DNA of 64,000 bases from an uncultured Acidobacteriota bacterium (GTDB taxonomy: Bacteria; Acidobacteriota; Terriglobia; Acidiferrales; UBA7541): positions 947,568-1,011,567 of the forward strand of contig CAWFVE010000003.1 of the NCBI GenBank assembly GCA_963819235.1. Reading direction: 5' to 3'. The notes under the pieces were generated by a model. That model ran no database searches, had not been told where the DNA came from, and saw only the letters and a list, made by a program, of their open reading frames with translations. The stretch's first letter is position 1; each line of letters begins with the position of its first letter. The translations under genes and the position numbers were made by a program. Shown in pieces: positions 59,970 through 64,000 of the stretch.

Positions 59970-60416
59970 ATGAAACGGCACCTTCCTTTGACTGGCTTAG
60001 GCTTATTGGTTTTGAGTTCTGTCTTATTAGTCCTTCCGGCTTTTGCACACCATGGATTTCAGTATGAGTACGACGGGAACAAATACATCACCGTCTCAGG
60101 TGTGTTGACGAAAATCGAATGGGAAAACCCTCACATCTATTTCAATGCCGACGTGAAGGATGCAGATGGGAAGGTGACCTCGTGGCGTTTTGAAGGCTCA
60201 TCCGTCACGCTAGTCAAAAGGACGGGAGTCACTCGGTCGGATTTCGCGGACAATATCGGTAAAACGATCAGTGTAAGTGGCTGTCCAGCCTTGGGCGGCC
60301 AGCCTAGAGTCGCAGCCGAAACGGTCAAGCTGCCTGACGGTCGAGAAATCACCGTTGCCAGGAAGAGATATTTCGGCGATGGCAGCAAGCCAGCGGACGA
60401 CAAAGGCGAAAACTAG
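59970..60416 (+). CDS. Small secreted protein, AHH family copy D4
   Basis: MKRHLPLTGLGLLVLSSVLLVLPAFA|HHGFQYEYD...GVLTKIEWENPHIYFNADVKD. Confidence 0.8.
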   Translation: MKRHLPLTGLGLLVLSSVLLVLPAFAHHGFQYEYDGNKYITVSGVLTKIEWENPHIYFNADVKDADGKVTSWRFEGSSVTLVKRTGVTRSDFADNIGKTISVSGCPALGGQPRVAAETVKLPDGREITVARKRYFGDGSKPADDKGEN

Positions 60417-60615
60417 ACTTCCTTCGCTCTTGACATAAAGGCTTTCAAGGCACCGAAACGCCACGGTCACCATGGGTTGTACTTACGATATGTGGCCGCT
60501 TTCAATCCGGGCTGGAGCCCGCGCTCAATGGCAGTCGGACGTGAAGTACCGACGCGTTGCCATGACCCAACATTTGACAGAGAAGGCGCAATAGCAGAGA
60601 AGGAGGGAATAACAC

Positions 60616-61596
60616 ATGAAACTTCGCTCTAGTGCGTACCTGGCGATCACGACAGGCGCGCTGGCGTTGGTATCCATCTTCTATATACACGCGAGTGCCC
60701 AGGATAAGAAGGGAAGCGGCGCCACGCCGGGCGGGGTCCAGAAGGTGCCCTCCAAGCCACTGCCTGAAGGCGGGCCTGCGCCCCGCTTGGCGGACGGCCA
60801 TCCCGACCTAACCGGACATTGGTACCCGGGGTTCTTGGGAAAAGAGGATGCCACGCTCGTAAGTTCCGCCGCAACTCAGGGTGAACCGTTGCTTAAGCCC
60901 TTCGATCCTAAGGTGACGCCCGAGGAAAAGCCTTCCTTTCAGCCTTGGGCAATCGAAAAGATGAAAGAGACGGCAACCGGCGGCGGAGCCGATGCGGATG
61001 ACACAGGCAGGGGAGGGACAAACCTTAGGAATTTTCAGAATTTACCTAAGGCTCAAAAGATAGCCATTCTCAAGAACGAGATACTTCACTTATCGATGGA
61101 TTGCATGCCTCATGGTGTTCCAGCCATGTTCCTAGGTGCTGGCCACGGCATGCAGTTGGTGCAATCGACTGGATTGTTGGTGCAATTGACCGAGTTAAAT
61201 CATGACTTTCGACTGATACCTACGGATGGACGGGCGCATACCAAGGATCCAGATCCTGCATTCAACGGCGAAGGTGTGGCGCATTGGGACGAAGATACGC
61301 TCGTGATCGACACCATCGCAATCGATGAGAGGGCCGGTGTTACCCAGCGATGGACATTACATAGTGATCAGGAACACGTTATCGAACGCATCAGCCGCCC
61401 CTCATTGAATTACCTGAATTACCAAGTCACGGTCGAGGACCCCAAAGTACTGACAAAGCCGTGGCATTCCGTCGTTCATCATTACTCCCTCAGCCGCGAG
61501 TCTCTGTTGGAGTGGTATTGCGGCGTTGCCAGTCATAATGACGAGGACATCGCAGCTTACCAGGAGGAGATACGAAAGCTGGAAGAAGAGCAGTAG
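60616..61596 (+). CDS. Secreted partner protein, copy P4
   Basis: Motifs PDLTGHW, DCMPHGVP, LIPTDGRAHT, GVAHWDEDTLVIDT, LHSDQEHVIER and VEDPKVLTKPW. Confidence 0.8.
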   Translation: MKLRSSAYLAITTGALALVSIFYIHASAQDKKGSGATPGGVQKVPSKPLPEGGPAPRLADGHPDLTGHWYPGFLGKEDATLVSSAATQGEPLLKPFDPKVTPEEKPSFQPWAIEKMKETATGGGADADDTGRGGTNLRNFQNLPKAQKIAILKNEILHLSMDCMPHGVPAMFLGAGHGMQLVQSTGLLVQLTELNHDFRLIPTDGRAHTKDPDPAFNGEGVAHWDEDTLVIDTIAIDERAGVTQRWTLHSDQEHVIERISRPSLNYLNYQVTVEDPKVLTKPWHSVVHHYSLSRESLLEWYCGVASHNDEDIAAYQEEIRKLEEEQ

Positions 61597-62132
61597 GCGC
61601 GAATCTCTTCCAGCATCGCGCTTGAATGGCCAGAGGCGAACCCCCAAGCTGACTACGCTGGAGACCGACCTATGCTGGAACACCCGTCTGCCCGCCCTTG
61701 CGTTGCCCCGTCTAATCCCAACTGTCGTCTGTCGTCTTGCGAGTTCTGCTCCCAGTTTGACTCTACTGCGGCAATACCTGCCGAAGAAGGCGGATCTGTC
61801 CCTGCGACTCGCAGTCAGACCTGGACGAGATCGCTCTGCGTCTCAATCAAAGGCCACGAAAAACGTTGGGATTTCAAACTCCGGCGGATAGACTGCAAGC
61901 CAGTATTGCGTCGACCCCTTGAGAACACCCTTGTTTTCGGAAATTGGCGCTAATCAGCAGAAGTCTCTCTGAGTTTCTAAGGAGGAGGGCTAACCCCCGA
62001 ACGAGGATAGTCTAGTTGTCCTAAACACGCGCCGTCGGCATGTGGTCTGAGTTGACGCGAATGCATCCACAGACTTATGCTTTCGGTCCAAGAAACAGTT
62101 TAAAGGTCGTAAATTCCGGTTGAAGGTGCGCA

Positions 62133-63035
62133 ATGAAGTGCAAGCCAATAGGGCGCCTCCCGAGTAAACTCTGTCTCAAAGTTGTGGTATTGGGAGCTCT
62201 GCTGTGGACTCCCGCATGGGCTCAGGTCGACCTTGAGGGTTCGTGGCGTCCGCTTCCGCGCGCGCAAGACGGCAGCGGGATGATCGGCGACATCGCCGGC
62301 GTGCCTGTCACTGACGGCGACCGCTTGAGAGTCGAAACCTGGTCTCCGGAAGACTTCGATATCACAGAGTGGAGCTGCCGCCCGCACCCGTGGGACTATT
62401 CACTTGAAAGTGAGCGGTCTCCGATACGATTCTGGGCCGACGCCGATCCCGCCACGCAGAAGATCATCGCTTATCATGGCCACATTAATATGGAAGAGCA
62501 GGAAGTGACCATCTGGATGGATGGCCGCCCGCGTCCTTCCGAAAATACTCTGCATACCTGGAGCGGATTTTCGACCGGCGAGTGGGATGGCGATGTCCTG
62601 GTCGTGACAACGACGCACCTCAAAGAATCCTACGAGCGTCGCAACGGACTCATGCGCAGTGATCAGGCAGTGGTGCGTACGCGCTGGCGACGCATGGGCA
62701 ATTACCTGCAGGCGACTTCGATTCTTTATGATCCGGTCTATATGACCGAACCCTACATCCGAAGCAACTTGATTTGGGTCAATGACCCCACGATGCAGAT
62801 GCCGCCTTATCCGTGCGAGGAGGCGACCGATACGGCGGTTCCTAGAGGCGTGGTGCCGCACTTTCTTCCAGGCAAGAGTCCCTTGCCCGCGTTCAACAAG
62901 GATCTGACGGATAAGTTCGGAACGCCTTATGAGCCTAGACTTGGCGGGGCTGAAACGATGTATCCCGAGTACATCAAGAAGATGAAAGCCATGCCGCGAC
63001 CTCCGAAGCTTGCCGATAGCAGTTCGGCGCGCTGA
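62133..63035 (+). CDS. Secreted partner protein, divergent copy P5
   Basis: Signal peptide ...TPAWAQ, then VDLEGSW, IWMDGRPRP, GFSTGEWDGDVLVVTT, MRSDQAVVRTR and LYDPVYMTEPY. The C.P.G.P motif is degenerate (SCRPHP). Confidence 0.7.
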   Translation: MKCKPIGRLPSKLCLKVVVLGALLWTPAWAQVDLEGSWRPLPRAQDGSGMIGDIAGVPVTDGDRLRVETWSPEDFDITEWSCRPHPWDYSLESERSPIRFWADADPATQKIIAYHGHINMEEQEVTIWMDGRPRPSENTLHTWSGFSTGEWDGDVLVVTTTHLKESYERRNGLMRSDQAVVRTRWRRMGNYLQATSILYDPVYMTEPYIRSNLIWVNDPTMQMPPYPCEEATDTAVPRGVVPHFLPGKSPLPAFNKDLTDKFGTPYEPRLGGAETMYPEYIKKMKAMPRPPKLADSSSAR

Positions 63036-63059
63036 TGAGGCGAGCGCACGTACGACTGT

Positions 63060-63240
63060 GGCGTGTCTCACGCGGTTCGCAATGGCCAGTCTCTATCCTC
63101 GCCTTTGCAATTTTGATGTCAAAATAAATCTGGCAATGCGGATTCATAAAACGGAAGTATGTAACCGTCCCGGTCCAGAAGGCCCCTGCCTCCTTACTTA
63201 GCGGCGCCAACACGCCTAATCCCGCCAAGCGCCGTCAACA
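63060..63240 (-). pseudogene. Possible decayed AHH-family (D-type) remnant
   Basis: Reverse frame reads ...TGTVTYFRFMNPHCQIYFDIK, matching the GT(V/L)T...W.NPH...K core of D1-D4. No FAHH, no clean signal peptide, and the frame is broken on both sides. Confidence 0.3.
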
Positions 63241-63506
63241 ATTGGTTCAATGTTTTTTTCGTGGGCTTCGGACGCCCTGCCAAACGTCGAAGATTGGGGC
63301 CGTCGTGTCCCTCATCGATCGAACACATCAATATCTCCACTACATTGCGTCCTTCTCCTTTCGGCGGATTCTATCAGCGAAACAAAAGCCGCAACCAATG
63401 CGGCCCGGCCCTGTCACAGCTTGTCGGCCCGACATGATAAGAAGCCTTTGCTGGCCTCGGCTCCTCGCACTGTGGCTTGAGAAGTACCTCCTTTGGGCCT
63501 TGGTGC

Positions 63507-63767
63507 TCAGGGGACTGAAACTTTGGCTCGGGGTTCGAGAACTACCTCTTGCCCCTGACTGGCTAGAGTGAAGGCATGAGAGCAATTCTCGCAGAGCCAG
63601 TAATGTTGCACGCCGTGGTGGTTAGCGGCGAAATCGTTTTTGAAACGGAAGAACCTTCCGCCTCCAAACCAATCAAAAGCCACTGGACAGATCGGATTGG
63701 CGCACTTTGCATGGAGCCCGTGATCGATAGGAAAGGCTTTTGTGGTGCTTCGCTCGGCGGTCTCCAT
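63507..63767 (-). CDS. Small Cys/His-rich (zinc-ribbon-like) protein
   Basis: AGGAGG lies 5 nt upstream of the ATG. CANPICPVAFDWFGGGRFFRF...HYWLCENCS suggests two CxxC-like pairs. Confidence 0.6.
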   Translation of the reverse strand: METAERSTTKAFPIDHGLHAKCANPICPVAFDWFGGGRFFRFKNDFAANHHGVQHYWLCENCSHAFTLASQGQEVVLEPRAKVSVP

Positions 63768-63787
63768 GGAGTCCTCCTAGATAAACT

Positions 63788-63946
63788 TCACTCCGGAAGA
63801 ATCAACTTGTGTGGTCTGTGCGAACCCACAAGGTGTAGTGACCGGCGATGGGCCACCCGCAGGATCAAGAGCGGAACGCCCATCATCACGACGAAAAAAG
63901 AAATCATAAAGAGAACCGCTGTTACTGGCATAGTGAGGGGCGGCAT
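63788..63946 (-). CDS. Small membrane peptide (52 aa)
   Basis: Below the ORF-track cut-off. AAGGAGG lies 6 nt upstream of the ATG. Reads MPPLTMPVTAVLFMISFFVVMMGVPLLILRVAHRRSLHLVGSHRPHKLILPE*. It lies 20 nt upstream of the zinc-ribbon-like gene. Confidence 0.5.
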   Translation of the reverse strand: MPPLTMPVTAVLFMISFFVVMMGVPLLILRVAHRRSLHLVGSHRPHKLILPE

Positions 63947-64000
63947 GGCGTCCTCCTTGTAACCTCATGCTCGCCCAATCTCCCAAAGGATGCTGTGATC

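Noticed and set aside
61600-62130. Overlapping short ORFs between P4 and P5, including a reverse-strand peptide ...ISENKGVLKGSTQYWLAVYPPEFEIPTFFVAFD*
   Set aside because: No start codons, no recognisable family, and fragments in several frames. Possibly a relic, but not supportable.
1-64000. CRISPR arrays, rRNA and tRNA genes
   Set aside because: No regularly spaced direct repeats and no rRNA- or tRNA-like conserved strings were seen on either strand by eye. A covariance-model scan would be needed to exclude small ncRNAs.

Overview
High-GC bacterial chromosome segment. The gene content (CarboxypepD_reg-type TonB-dependent receptor, many secreted ORFans) suggests Acidobacteriota, but that is inference only.

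Three compositional blocks are visible by eye:

(1) 1-10.8 kb is a housekeeping core: htpX, clpB, queA, a TonB-C protein, a metallophosphoesterase, an HNH endonuclease and a truncated comF.

(2) 10.8-15.2 kb is an AT-richer ORFan islet that starts where comF loses its 5' part. After it the core resumes up to 32.7 kb: dksA-like, lpdA, lipB, 2-oxoacid dehydrogenase E1a/E1b/E2, a HAMP-PP2C phosphatase, a GT87-like membrane protein, DUF72, lhr and an ATP-dependent DNA ligase. Between 17.5 and 29.8 kb at least 14 reading-frame breaks hit six conserved genes, while neighbouring genes are intact. This is either assembly indel noise or very recent decay.

(3) 32.7-64 kb is an AT-richer accessory region containing:
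- three LuxR-type regulators, one split by a complete IS3-family element;
- an IS30-family 5' stump, plus a second copy of its terminal ~100 nt;
- a sigma54 activator facing a putative -24/-12 promoter and a perfect 30-nt palindrome, upstream of a membrane protein / OMP / trypsin-like protease operon;
- a GDP-mannose 3,5-epimerase-like gene;
- a PhnD-like-patatin fusion lipoprotein.

The best candidate for an undescribed system lies in this third block. A two-gene secreted cassette is repeated four times: a ~130-aa protein whose mature N-terminus is His-His, followed by a ~300-aa partner. A fifth partner gene is also present. The copies are interleaved with a TonB-dependent receptor, a Tat-signal amidohydrolase and a Vgb-like beta-propeller.

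No rRNA, tRNA or CRISPR array was found.
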